Virus record (IMG/VR): IMGVR_UViG_3300045988_121070 | Direction: 5' to 3' (one strand) | Source: a virus | DNA length: 64,000 nt | Shown here: positions 28,784 to 38,305 of the stretch, piece by piece | How the letters are laid out: the number at the start of each line of letters is the position of its first letter | Numbering within the stretch: the first letter of the stretch is position 1 | Notes under the pieces: model-generated | What the model was told of the DNA's origin: nothing | Database searches by the model: none | Seen by the model: the letters and a program-made list of their open reading frames with translations, nothing else | Made by a program: the position numbers and the translations under genes

Positions 28784-30465
28784 CTAACCTTTGGCACGGA
28801 TGGCTGCGATTTCTTCATCAGAGAGTTTGTGATCGGTGACGGTGTAGTAAATCTTAGCGGCAGCATCCGTCTCGTTTTTGGAGAGGAACTTTATCACGCT
28901 GTCCGGCTTCAGGAAGAACTTTTCACTAACCTCCTCTTCGAGAATGTCAGCGATGCAGGTGGTGAGTTCAAAGGGACGCGGGAACTCATACTGCGTATCG
29001 CCGAGGATATCCTGACGGATGGAGATCATATAGACCCGTTCGCGGTTCTGAGCTACGCCATAGTGTTTGCTGTTCAGAATGCCAAACTTCGTTTTCTTCT
29101 CACGTTTCTCTTTGCCCCAGGGGTAAGGGAATGACGGTGCGAGGAAGTTGACATAGCCATGTTTCTCCAGTAGGGCGCACCATTCTTTGAAGTCGGGCAT
29201 GTTGACGCTGTTAATGAGGGCAGAGACATTTTCCTGAAGGAGGATTTTCGGGCGCATCTGTTCAACAGCCTTTTCGGTGTACCAAAGGACTGCAGAGCGG
29301 GTGTCAGAGCCTTTTTTGATGCCCGCACGTTTTCCCGCCTGACTGATGGACTGACAGGGCGTGGAGTAAGTCAAGAAATCGATGTCAGCATCCGAGAGGT
29401 CGCTCCAGTCACATTTGGTCATGTCGCCCCTATTGAGGGAGGCATACTGCGGGAAGAGCAAGTTATGAGCAACCACGGCAGGCTGTTCATTGATTGGCCT
29501 TTTGCTTTCGGGGTCGAACTCAGCCCATGCCACGAGTTCATAGGCGAAATCAGGATAACGCTCACGGAGCATGTCAAAGGCTATGCACTGGGAGTCATAG
29601 CCAGAGCAAAGCGTAACCACCTTCAGAGGCTGTTCGCAGAAATTGCGAGACATCTGGAAAGTGGGTAGCGCAAACATATCCTGCACTTCACCAGGTATGC
29701 GGCGGTCGGTGGGGAATAAAAAAGCCTCGTAGATATACATGAGGACATCGCAGACGATTGAATTGCCAGCGAGCTTGTAGTGGTTGGAGTTGGAGATTAT
29801 CTGCACGGGGCCAAAACGCTCTTCGGTTTTGGCGGCCTTGATTTTTTCGTAAGCAAGGGTGTAGTTCTGACGGAGGAGTTCTATTTCCTCGGCATCATCA
29901 TCCTCTTCATCCCCAGCGACGGAATCACTGGGCACAGTATCTGGAGCATCTGCAGGTGCTTCGTTTTCTTCATCTGAGGGAGGTGTTTCGAGGCTTTCCA
30001 AAGAATCGCGGAAGGCTTCTTCTACTTCTTTCATTGTTGCCGAGGGTTCCAAACCGAACACGCTTAACTCATTATCGACATCAACGAAAGCGGTGTATGA
30101 CTTTTGTTCAGTAGCCATCAACTGAGAAATCTGGCGTTCAGGAACGCCCATTAGCCTATAGCATTCGGGGGGGGGTAAGTTTTCGGATGTCGAAGTACCT
30201 CACGGGGTGCTTCGGATCCTTTTTGCCCTGGAGGTCAGGGTGGTTGTCGGGATAAATTTTTGCAATCATACGCTCTTTATGTTTAATATCAAATCTTTCT
30301 TCACAAACAAAATAATGATTACGGGCAGAGATACCCGCCAGAATCGTTACAGCGATGCCATGATGCGACCGCTGATTATAGGTGTCGAGCATTTCGCCGT
30401 GAAAGTTCGGTCGCCATTGCCCCCCCCCTAATCATGGCATTCAGCCGAGAATTAAAATGGTTCAT
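28784..30465 (-). CDS. circularly permuted DNA (cytosine-5) methyltransferase with order TRD(M4)-IX-acidic linker-X-I..VIII; broken by two 1-nt frameshifts
   Basis: MNHFNSRLNAMIRGG | QW..SHHGIAVTILAG..VRYFDIRKLTPP | ECYRLMG (IX), HYKLAGNSIV (X), VTLCSGYDS (I), AEFD (II), YSTPCQSISQAG (IV), LLQENV (VI), QNRERV (VIII). The runs C9 at 30420-30428 and G9 (plus) at 30167-30175 must each be 8 nt for a single ~559-aa product. The intact ORF 28784..30151 alone lacks the TRD and the first half of motif IX. Confidence 0.8.
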
Positions 30466-30650
30466 AAGTCATATTCTATTAAAACGACAGTCATTGGGAA
30501 GTGTGCAAGCGTCAGGATATTCGTAGGTCCGACAGCATCGTAACGAGTGGTAAGGGTAGCAGCGCAGCCGTCGGCTGTGACATTGACAGGAGCGATTTGC
30601 CCCCCCCTGGTAGTGCGGAATGCACCGATGTTTGTTATCTTACAGATCAT
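30462..30650 (-). CDS. TRD-like cassette M3 (intact as sequenced)
   Basis: MICKITNIGAFRTTRGGQIAPVNVTADGCAATLTTRYDAVGPTNILTLAHFPMTVVLIEYDL; C8 at 30600-30607 is in frame. Confidence 0.55.
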   Translation of the reverse strand: MICKITNIGAFRTTRGGQIAPVNVTADGCAATLTTRYDAVGPTNILTLAHFPMTVVLIEYDL

Positions 30651-30849
30651 ATTCAATCAATACGCCAGTGGCACCACGAGTGGTTTTTAGAAGAAAATTA
30701 GCGACACTACTTTTCTGATACTGAGCTTTGATGGTTCGACATACCCCCCCCTGATAAGCGTTAATAAGCCCCAGCCGAGAACGGCTGGGAGTGGTGTTTT
30801 TTTGAGCTGCGATGGTATCGCAGCATACGGGACACTTTTCATAGGTCAT
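30640..30849 (-). CDS. TRD-like cassette M2 (intact as sequenced)
   Basis: MTYEK[CPVCCDTIAAQKNTTPSRSRLGL]INAYQGGVCRTIKAQYQKSSVANFLLKTTRGATGVLIEYDL; C8 at 30744-30751 is in frame; palindromic element 30770-30834 embedded. Confidence 0.55.
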   Translation of the reverse strand: MTYEKCPVCCDTIAAQKNTTPSRSRLGLINAYQGGVCRTIKAQYQKSSVANFLLKTTRGATGVLIEYDL

Positions 30850-30987
30850 ACTCGATGAGAATTTTGGGTTTGTCTGTATCGTGGCCATTGCCCCCCCTGC
30901 GAGACAGAGGGCGATACCTTTTGGGGACACCACTATGCCGTTTTGGGAAGGGCTATAACGACCGAGGATGATAGGACGTGTGACCAT
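30839..30987 (-). CDS. TRD-like cassette M1 (the run length decides between a separate cassette and an M1-M2 fusion)
   Basis: MVTRPIILGRYSPSQNGIVVSPKGIALCLAGG...; with the C7 at 30891-30897 as sequenced it reads through into the M2 frame (115-aa ORF 30640..30987); with 8 nt it ends GGGNGHDTDKPKILIEYDL + TGA. Confidence 0.5.
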
Positions 30988-30988
30988 A

Positions 30989-31177
30989 TTACAAGAGTAG
31001 GATGATGACGATAATCAACAGCACGGCAAAGGTGCGAGAACGACGGGGGCGGATGTCGCCACGGATGTAGGACTTTGTGGAGATCCTGGTGGGTGACGGG
31101 AGTGGACGCTTGATGTCGTAGGGATCGATGCGTTCGAGTCGTCGGGGGTCGTGGTTCTTTTTCTTCTGATGCTTCAT
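30989..31177 (-). CDS. small basic protein with a C-terminal hydrophobic tail
   Basis: 62-aa ORF, ...RSRTFAVLLIIVIILLL. Confidence 0.35.
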   Translation of the reverse strand: MKHQKKKNHDPRRLERIDPYDIKRPLPSPTRISTKSYIRGDIRPRRSRTFAVLLIIVIILLL

Positions 31178-31590
31178 TCGTGATTGGACTGGGTGGCGGA
31201 CCAGCGGAGGTTAGAGAAATGATTATTGGTGCGGTTGCCATCGATGTGGATGACGTGGGGAAGGTTGTCGGGGTTAGGGACAAAGGCTTCTGCCACGAGG
31301 CGATGCACCTTAAAGTTCTTACCAGCGAGACGGACACGGCGATAGCCTTTGCCGTTGAAAGATGCTATCTCCTTGCAGAGAGCGCCAGGACTCGATGGAG
31401 AACCATCGAGCACGTTGGCTGTAGGAGCTGATAGGACACGGCCATCTTTCGCAATGAAATAGGATGTGCGGCCATGCTGGAAGAAGCAGGCCACCTCTAT
31501 ACGGTGAGTAACACCAGGACAGTTGGTGACACAGCCCTCATCAGCAACAAGTGACTTTGCGATAAAATCACAGTTATACATCTTATCCAT
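31174..31590 (-). CDS. HNH homing-endonuclease-like protein
   Basis: HRLVAEAFVPNPDNLPHVIHIDGNRTNNHFSNLRW (HNH_3-type); its ATG overlaps the dUTPase stop (TAATG). Confidence 0.75.
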   Translation of the reverse strand: MDKMYNCDFIAKSLVADEGCVTNCPGVTHRIEVACFFQHGRTSYFIAKDGRVLSAPTANVLDGSPSSPGALCKEIASFNGKGYRRVRLAGKNFKVHRLVAEAFVPNPDNLPHVIHIDGNRTNNHFSNLRWSATQSNHE

Positions 31591-32024
31591 TACTTTGTGC
31601 CGGTATGTCCGTAACCGCCATCGCCACGTTCGGTATCGTCGAGGACTGTCACGGGGTTCCACTCTGCCTGTTCGTAGGATGCGATAACCAGTTGGGCAAT
31701 GCGTTCGCCGTCGGCAATCTCGAAGGGGATGTTGCTTAGATTGATGAGCAGCACACCGATTTCACCACGATAGTCGGCATCGATCGTGCCTGGTGCGTTG
31801 AGCACGGTGATACCATGTTTGAGAGCGAGGCCGGAGCGTGGGCGCACCTGAGCCTCGTAGCCTGCAGGGAGTGCGATATACAGGCCGGTGGGGACTAACA
31901 CACGCTCCATGGGTTGCAGGACGATAGGCTCTGTGATGTTCGCACGAAGATCCATGCCGGCAGACTGAGCTGTGGCATATTCGGGAAGTGGGTGGTGGGA
32001 GTTGTTGATGATATCTATTTTCAT
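31590..32024 (-). CDS. dut: dUTP diphosphatase
   Basis: [36 protein letters not shown] and a GGYGHTG tail: the five canonical dUTPase motifs; start trimmed to MKIDIINN. Confidence 0.92.
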   Translation of the reverse strand: MKIDIINNSHHPLPEYATAQSAGMDLRANITEPIVLQPMERVLVPTGLYIALPAGYEAQVRPRSGLALKHGITVLNAPGTIDADYRGEIGVLLINLSNIPFEIADGERIAQLVIASYEQAEWNPVTVLDDTERGDGGYGHTGTK

Positions 32025-32070
32025 AATTTTTGCGGTTAGGACCCAACGGGGAAACCGCTGGGCACAGTGG

Positions 32071-33219
32071 TTATTCCAGGGACATGGGCATACAGAGTTC
32101 GAGGAGAACGGAGTTGTCGGCATCCTCTTTGAGGAGGAGTGGGCGGTTAGGTGCTGACAGTTCTACGCGCACGTTATCGGTGCTGATGTTGCCGAGTAGG
32201 TTCATCAGTTGCGAAGCCTTGATGCCTATGGCGAAGTTATCGGGTAGTGTCAGCGGGTTCTCCACCTCGGCGAGTGTCAGGTTCTCGGAAGCGGACTTTG
32301 AGAAGTCGATGTCGGCAGCAGATAGGTTGACAAACATGCCATCCTTAGAGAACTTAACCATGTTGGATGCGTCGGAAGCCATGAGTTGCACACGTTTGAG
32401 GGCACCCATGAATGAGGCCACCGGCAGGACGGCATGGTAGGGATTTTCCTTGGGGATGACTGAGTTGTAATTAGGATAACGCTGTTCGATGTCGCGGATG
32501 GTGAATGATATATCGCCGGCACGTAGGCATACATGCTTACGGTCGAACAGCACTTCAATCTCCTCTACGCCGAGGAATGGAGTCTGCAGAGAGCCGACGA
32601 TGGTGTTTGGAATAAGGATGACCGCCTTTTCGCCCGTGAGGAACGGTACACCATGGAAGTATTCATACTTATAGAGCGAGTGTCCGTCAGATCCGACGAA
32701 TACCACCTTATCGTCGAGCACGTCGAGTGCCACAGCAGCCATCTGAGGACGCAGTGTGTCATTGAACGAAGTACATCCGCTTGCAGCCTTGACTGCAGGA
32801 AAAAAAATGTTAGCAGGTACGACAAACGATGTTGTTGGGTCGGTGACATCCGCCACCTTGGGGAACTCGGCAGACTCCTCGATAGGTACAGACACCTGTC
32901 CGCTCTGATAGATGACTGTGGCGAGGTGGCGCTCCAGGTCGATGTCGAACGTCACGGGCTGTTCAGGCAGAGAGCCGAGCAGTGGGATGATGTCGGCAGC
33001 AGGCAGGCAGAACGGATGGAACATATCGCCGGACTCCATGAGGATGCCCACCGGCATGGTGAGGGCGTTTTCCTGTGAGGAGCCAGTGATGAAGAACTTA
33101 TCACCCACCTGTGTAAAGAGGTGGTTGGTGAGGATGGGAAGGCTACATTTGCGCTGGATGACTGAGCCGGTAGCCTTCAGGATGCGGAGCAGTTCGCGGG
33201 ATGATACGTTGAATTTCAT
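32071..33219 (-). CDS. dnaN: DNA polymerase III beta sliding clamp
   Basis: 382 aa; [35 protein letters not shown]... is a typical DnaN N-terminus with three-domain length. Confidence 0.8.
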   Translation of the reverse strand: MKFNVSSRELLRILKATGSVIQRKCSLPILTNHLFTQVGDKFFITGSSQENALTMPVGILMESGDMFHPFCLPAADIIPLLGSLPEQPVTFDIDLERHLATVIYQSGQVSVPIEESAEFPKVADVTDPTTSFVVPANIFFPAVKAASGCTSFNDTLRPQMAAVALDVLDDKVVFVGSDGHSLYKYEYFHGVPFLTGEKAVILIPNTIVGSLQTPFLGVEEIEVLFDRKHVCLRAGDISFTIRDIEQRYPNYNSVIPKENPYHAVLPVASFMGALKRVQLMASDASNMVKFSKDGMFVNLSAADIDFSKSASENLTLAEVENPLTLPDNFAIGIKASQLMNLLGNISTDNVRVELSAPNRPLLLKEDADNSVLLELCMPMSLE

Positions 33220-33236
33220 AATCTTTTTTATTAGGG

Positions 33237-33333
33237 CAGCGATGGAATCGCTGCATACAAGAAACGGGACATTGGGGACCCCGCCGAGAACGGCGGGGGG
33301 GGGTGGCTATAGCCCAGCGGTTTCCCCGCTGGG
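33237..33333 (+). repeat. composite palindromic element (A 33237-33255, tail CATACAAGAAACGGGACA, B 33279-33298 extended to a G9 run at 33295-33303, reversed B-type hairpin 33313-33333)
   Basis: direct reading of stems and loops. Confidence 0.8.
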
Positions 33334-33341
33334 CGCTGGTT

Positions 33342-33941
33342 TTAGAAGGGGAGGTCTTCGTCGGTGGCAGCGCCAGAGAACGGGTCGTAGTCGGACGATG
33401 CCGGAGCCGAGTAGCCTGCTACTCCCTGCGAGACAGGTGCGGAGCTGTTGCGTGGCTGTTGGCTGTTCTGGTCTTCGACGAGGTAAGAGTCGCCCATCTG
33501 GTAAGGCATAAGCATCGAGATAGCACGGGAGAGGTCGGTGCCCTGTGTATCGGATTGGTCTTTCCATTCAGGATGTTCGCTGATGACACGCGCTTTGAGT
33601 GCGGCGCGGATCTTGGTGCGCTTCTCTTCGGGGAGCGTGTAAGCCACCTGATAGGCAGGTACATTGTAGAGCGTGATATCTTCGCCTTTGCGCATGAGTG
33701 ACTGTTTCACTGCATCGATGTACTTACCATTGCACGAGCGCTGGATGAAGTTGAGGAAAGCACGGATGCCAGAAGCATTGCGCTTGCCCTCGTCGCGGTT
33801 ATCCTGCTGCACCTCTATGCCGTTGATGCCGGCAGGGATGAAGATGCCAGGGATGGGTTTGCCACCCTCGGTGAGTGTGAGGTTTAGAAACCTGGCACCG
33901 ATGAAGGTGCCGATGTCAACTGAAAATCTGTAACGAGCCAT
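33342..33941 (-). CDS. ssb: putative SSB-like protein with a canonical acidic C-terminal tip (DEDLPF)
   Basis: 199 aa; disordered Gln/Ser-rich linker followed by ...SGAATDEDLPF; sits between the clamp and primase genes; the N-terminal fold is not recognisable by eye. Confidence 0.5.
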   Translation of the reverse strand: MARYRFSVDIGTFIGARFLNLTLTEGGKPIPGIFIPAGINGIEVQQDNRDEGKRNASGIRAFLNFIQRSCNGKYIDAVKQSLMRKGEDITLYNVPAYQVAYTLPEEKRTKIRAALKARVISEHPEWKDQSDTQGTDLSRAISMLMPYQMGDSYLVEDQNSQQPRNSSAPVSQGVAGYSAPASSDYDPFSGAATDEDLPF

Positions 33942-33967
33942 AATTTCACTTTTAAGTTAATATTTAA

Positions 33968-36900
33968 TTAAAATGGTAAATCCTCTTCGGGTTGCTGGGT
34001 GCTGGCAGCAGAACTGCCAGCCACAGTGGTAGCGGTGGCTGCGGAGGTGGTGCGCTTACGCTGACGGCCATCGAGGTAAGAGCGCCAGCGCTGCTGTTCC
34101 TCTTCGGTGAGTACAACCACGTTGCCGTTGTCGTCGGTGATTGGTGCTGGGTCGGGCTTAGACAAGAATGCCTCGTAGTCCTTCATCAGTTCATCGTTGT
34201 TGGCGGGGATAGTATCTTTGCCGGAGCGGTAGAAATATACCGCATGTTCGGTGCGTACCAATTCGCGGATCTGCTTTGGAGCAATCGTTGCATCCTCCTC
34301 CCACTCGCGTCCCTCGAAGTAGCGGCGCGTACACCATGCCTGGTGCGCGAAGTAGTTGGTCTGTTCCGCCTTTTTGAGTACCTTGCCATCCGCTTTCTTG
34401 AAGAGCTGTGGCGGGTTCATCAGAATGCCGGCAGTCTCGCAGTAGTCGAGTATGCGGCGCTTGAAAGCCTTGGGAGAGAACGAGTCCGTCTTATTCTTTG
34501 ATGCCTCGGCAAAGTCGGACTTGTATTCTTCCAGCATCGAATCGAGATCGACGGGAACACCATAGACATGTTCCTGAGCGAAGAACACACGAGCGAAACG
34601 CAGGAACGCCTCTCCGAGTGACTGTGTGAGGGTACGCTGTTCCATGTACTTTTTCTGAGCATCTACCTTCTCATCGTAGCGCATGACAAACTGCACGGCG
34701 AGGGCGCATATCATGGCAATCTGGTTACGGGAGGTGGCAGAGAGTTTTTCGGGAGAAACAGCGTTGAAGTCCGGCATGATGTCGGAGATATAGCGAGCCG
34801 CTTTGTTCTTCATTATGTTTTGTCCGCAAAAGCGGTGTGAGAAACCACCGAGACAGACACGGCGCATGGTAGAGTCGTCGAGGTCGTGAAGCGGATAGTT
34901 AGACGTGACTACATGGCCAGGACCCTCAGACAAAGGAATAGTGATGCGGTCCTTATACATATAGCGCACGGAGAAATCGCCGGTTGTGAGGTTGTAGAGC
35001 TTACCGAAGTCGAGTGAGGCATCCACATCCTCCCAATGGACGATGCGGTGCTTGTGGTGTTGATACTCAGCCAGGTTAGCCGAGAACTCCTTATTACTAA
35101 TGAGGTCGCGTCCGTTGATGTTCAGGATATGCGCTGCACAGCCCGCGAAGATACGCACGAAGGTTGACTTACCAGAGCCACCCTCGGCACGGTTGGCAGC
35201 CGACACCACATTCTCGATGAGATAAGAGATACAGTTAGACTTCGAGTCGCGGTAGCGCCATAACATACGACCGAGGCAGAAGATGAGATTAGCAAAGCGG
35301 CAGTCCAATTCCATCTGTTCCTCAGACGAGAACTGCTTACCATCGTGGATGAGACGCTGTTCCTGTTCCCATTCCTCGTTTGCGAAACCACGGATGACAC
35401 GCAGTGTAGGCCACATTTCATCCTCATGCTTACCCTTCCAATCGACGAGCCAGCGATGCGACTGTGCCCATAGCGCCAGGTCGTTTTTATCCTGTTCCAG
35501 TTGGGAGAGCGTATAGAGCGGTTTGCCGTTATCATCCTTTTCCGCCTCCTTATTCTTGATAACCTCTAAGCGACGGCGATATTCGGGGTTCTCCGAAATC
35601 TCGAAAGGCAGGTCTTTAAGCGGTGTGATATTCCAATGCAGCTTCTCTCCACGTTCCACATTGAAGTCTATCTGGTCGTAAGGGAGCAGCGTTATCTCGT
35701 TCTCCGTGATGCGGAGCGCACCATTCTCGTAGAAGAAATGTTCGATGTGGCGACCATAGCCCTCGTTATAGTTCATCTTAACAGCAGGCAGCGAGGCAAT
35801 CGTCTTCTCGTTGATCTCCTTGTTAGCACGGAGCACCGACTGCACCATCAACTCGTATTCATCAGGAAGTCCAGGACGCGCATCGTTGAGTTGACGGGCA
35901 TACTCCTTTAGGTGTTCGATGGTGGCCTGCACCATAGACTGCGGGTCCAGTTCGTCGGCAAACGGGCCATCGATATGCACATAGCGTCCTATTTTATCCG
36001 GCTCATCGGGTCGCACGTCGCGGGCATAGCCAGCAGAAGCCATGAACTCCCATAGCGTAGCCGGATTGATGGTATAGTACACCTCCTTCACCATGCCGTT
36101 CTTATCCCTTTTCTCTTTGCGCTCGAAGGGGTCGCTGCTGAGAGCCGACGTGATACATGATGAGAAGAGGCGGTTGATGTCCTCATCGTTCTGGAACGCC
36201 TCACGCGGCAGCATGTGATACGCCAGGAAGAAGTCGCGTACCGTCTGTACTGGGTGGCAGAAGAGGCGAGGGAAATAGAGGTGTGCCCTATCCGTCATCG
36301 TCTCTGGCAGTTGGGCACGAAGCACGTCACGGTAGCGACAGCTGATGTCGCGGGCGCGAAGCGTCTGTTTGGTGTCAGAGGCGAAGAGTGTGTAGATGTT
36401 GTCCGCGAAGCGGTGCATCTTATTATAGTGGATGCTGGAGAAAGGCACGTCGCCATAAGGGAAGCAGACGTGGTACCAGCGAGAACCGAACTGTTTGGGG
36501 TAAGTATGGCGCAATGCCGTGAGGTGGTAGTAAGTAGCGATGGCATCCTGAGCCGAGGTACAATAAATGATGGCACGAGCCTTGATGTCCTTATCGCGGA
36601 TAGGCACATCTGTCAGTTCCATTTTCGGGTTGCCGTTCTTATCGCTGGACTCCTGCCACTCCTGTTTTACCTCAGTAACCCGTTCGTTGGGGTCGAGTTC
36701 CTGAATGGCCTTACGGACACCCGTTGTGTCGGAGGTGCGCAGTTCGACAGCGCGGAGAAATACCTTATCGCCTGCCAGCCAACGGCTAACCTTAGCGGTG
36801 GTATGTTCCTCAGTAGTAGAGAACACCATAGGCGGTTGTTCCTCGATAGCCGGACGGAATATAGAGCCACAATCCTCGCGCTCATCATCAGCGAGAGCCA

Positions 36901-37615
36901 CAAAGATAGGGTTCCAGGGTGTAGATATCAGCACCTCAGACTGCGGTTCTCCCTGACGCGAGACAGCAGGCAGCGTAACCTTGCCGACCGCATAGACGTG
37001 GAAGTCCTGCTGTATCATTGACGGGTGGAAATGCCAGTCAGCATCCTTGTTTGCCGTGTCGAAGCCATACTGTTCGATGCCGTCACGCGAGAGCCATGTG
37101 GTGCAACCGAGAGCAGCGAGATCCTGCGGTGTAAAGTCCGTCTTAGGCTCGAACGTCAGTACCTCTTGTGGTCGTAAAGCCGTCTCGCGGTAGTCACGTT
37201 TCAGCAGCTGTGGCCATTTCTCCTGAATCTCCTCACGAGTATGTCCCATTTGTTCTGCCAGTCCGAGGCAGGCATGTCGGAGGTCTTCGCCCACACAGAT
37301 GAACGTCTGTGGAGCGTGAGCATCCTTACGCCACCAGTAACCGAGGCCCTTCATCGCTGCAAACAGTTCGATAGCCCCATAGCCACCCCGTCGTGTCTTG
37401 GTACAGAACCAGTATTCGACAGGTTTGCCATAGAGACCACCACGACGGCGGTGGTAGATGATGAAGTGCGGGGTGGATTTCCCGCTGGCAGGAGCACCCT
37501 TACAGAACGGACACCAGCAAGCCGTCTGTCCCTCCTCAGTCTGCTGGTCGGCAGGCTGTATGAGGAGGTTCAGCGGTAATGCTGCAAGTTCGTCTATGAG
37601 TGGGTCGTAGATCAT
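33968..37615 (-). CDS. DNA primase-helicase (zinc-finger primase N-terminus, P-loop SF3/D5-like helicase)
   Basis: CWCPFCKG...HFIIY zinc motif; Walker A NRAEGGSGKSTF; 1215 aa; C-terminus ...QQPEEDLPF. Confidence 0.75.
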   Translation of the reverse strand: MIYDPLIDELAALPLNLLIQPADQQTEEGQTACWCPFCKGAPASGKSTPHFIIYHRRRGGLYGKPVEYWFCTKTRRGGYGAIELFAAMKGLGYWWRKDAHAPQTFICVGEDLRHACLGLAEQMGHTREEIQEKWPQLLKRDYRETALRPQEVLTFEPKTDFTPQDLAALGCTTWLSRDGIEQYGFDTANKDADWHFHPSMIQQDFHVYAVGKVTLPAVSRQGEPQSEVLISTPWNPIFVALADDEREDCGSIFRPAIEEQPPMVFSTTEEHTTAKVSRWLAGDKVFLRAVELRTSDTTGVRKAIQELDPNERVTEVKQEWQESSDKNGNPKMELTDVPIRDKDIKARAIIYCTSAQDAIATYYHLTALRHTYPKQFGSRWYHVCFPYGDVPFSSIHYNKMHRFADNIYTLFASDTKQTLRARDISCRYRDVLRAQLPETMTDRAHLYFPRLFCHPVQTVRDFFLAYHMLPREAFQNDEDINRLFSSCITSALSSDPFERKEKRDKNGMVKEVYYTINPATLWEFMASAGYARDVRPDEPDKIGRYVHIDGPFADELDPQSMVQATIEHLKEYARQLNDARPGLPDEYELMVQSVLRANKEINEKTIASLPAVKMNYNEGYGRHIEHFFYENGALRITENEITLLPYDQIDFNVERGEKLHWNITPLKDLPFEISENPEYRRRLEVIKNKEAEKDDNGKPLYTLSQLEQDKNDLALWAQSHRWLVDWKGKHEDEMWPTLRVIRGFANEEWEQEQRLIHDGKQFSSEEQMELDCRFANLIFCLGRMLWRYRDSKSNCISYLIENVVSAANRAEGGSGKSTFVRIFAGCAAHILNINGRDLISNKEFSANLAEYQHHKHRIVHWEDVDASLDFGKLYNLTTGDFSVRYMYKDRITIPLSEGPGHVVTSNYPLHDLDDSTMRRVCLGGFSHRFCGQNIMKNKAARYISDIMPDFNAVSPEKLSATSRNQIAMICALAVQFVMRYDEKVDAQKKYMEQRTLTQSLGEAFLRFARVFFAQEHVYGVPVDLDSMLEEYKSDFAEASKNKTDSFSPKAFKRRILDYCETAGILMNPPQLFKKADGKVLKKAEQTNYFAHQAWCTRRYFEGREWEEDATIAPKQIRELVRTEHAVYFYRSGKDTIPANNDELMKDYEAFLSKPDPAPITDDNGNVVVLTEEEQQRWRSYLDGRQRKRTTSAATATTVAGSSAASTQQPEEDLPF

Positions 37616-37623
37616 ACCAAATA

Positions 37624-38262
37624 TTATGCGGGGTCAGGGAGAAGAGAGAAGCACTGCCATACAGACCAGGAGGTGCGGAGGCAGTCGTAAACGGCATTGT
37701 GGACGTTGCCATCGCCCGTATATTTAGGCAGGGCCTCGTAGATCTTAGAATGGTCGGCCAATGCCTCTTCGTTGGCAGCGAAATGGCTACCTATCTCGGC
37801 AATGAATGTACGAGCATCGCGATAGTTGTGGTATGGGACAGGGAAGCGCTCTTCGAGGTTGTAGGTGCGCAATATGGTGCGCAAAACGCTGATATCGAAG
37901 TCGGAGCCTTGTGCCCAGAGGCAGAGCATGTCAGACTGCGTGGCCGTTTTTACCTCGTTGAGCCATTCGATGAAGTTAGAAAACACCTCCTGCAGCGGAT
38001 AGCATTCGCCAGAGAGCACTTCGGCCTTTACCTCTTCCGGCTTTTCAGCCCACCACTTCACGGTAGATGGTGAGAAGTCGAACCCGTCGGCTACGCAAGA
38101 GCGGATATCCACCTTGCACTCGAACGGAGGGATATTGATGGGAAACAACTCGTCAGCAGAGGACGCATGGCGATTGAAAACAACAGCAGCTATCTGTACG
38201 ATGGCAGCATTGGAAGCCAATGACAGGCTTTCGAGGTCGAATGTAATATCAATCAGTTTCAT
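37624..38262 (-). CDS. DEDDh 3'-5' exonuclease
   Basis: ITFDLESLS (DxE), WAQGSDFDISVL, NVHNAVYDCL (H-x4-D). Confidence 0.7.
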   Translation of the reverse strand: MKLIDITFDLESLSLASNAAIVQIAAVVFNRHASSADELFPINIPPFECKVDIRSCVADGFDFSPSTVKWWAEKPEEVKAEVLSGECYPLQEVFSNFIEWLNEVKTATQSDMLCLWAQGSDFDISVLRTILRTYNLEERFPVPYHNYRDARTFIAEIGSHFAANEEALADHSKIYEALPKYTGDGNVHNAVYDCLRTSWSVWQCFSLLPDPA

Positions 38263-38305
38263 ATTTTTACTTTTAGTACCCAGCCGAGAACGGCTGGGAC
38301 GGTTG

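Noticed and set aside
27065-30650. A diversity-generating retroelement (template/variable repeat pairs) as the explanation for the paralogous cassettes M3/M12 and M5/M6
   Set aside because: The differences between paralogs involve all base types rather than adenine-specific changes, and no reverse transcriptase is present in the window.
27065-30987. The regularly spaced repeats in the cassette array, and the 8-bp ATGAAT arrays, as a possible CRISPR locus
   Set aside because: The conserved units are coding-frame junctions (IEYDL/ATG), homopolymers, or 8-bp tandem units. There are no 25-40-bp identical repeats with unique spacers of uniform length, and no cas genes.
27065-30987. Stop-codon reassignment or read-through joining the cassettes into one polyprotein
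   Set aside because: Cassette ends use TAA, TGA and TAG interchangeably. All three stop codons also terminate well-defined genes elsewhere in the window. The frame of each following cassette has its own upstream stop, so no single recoding rule would fuse them.
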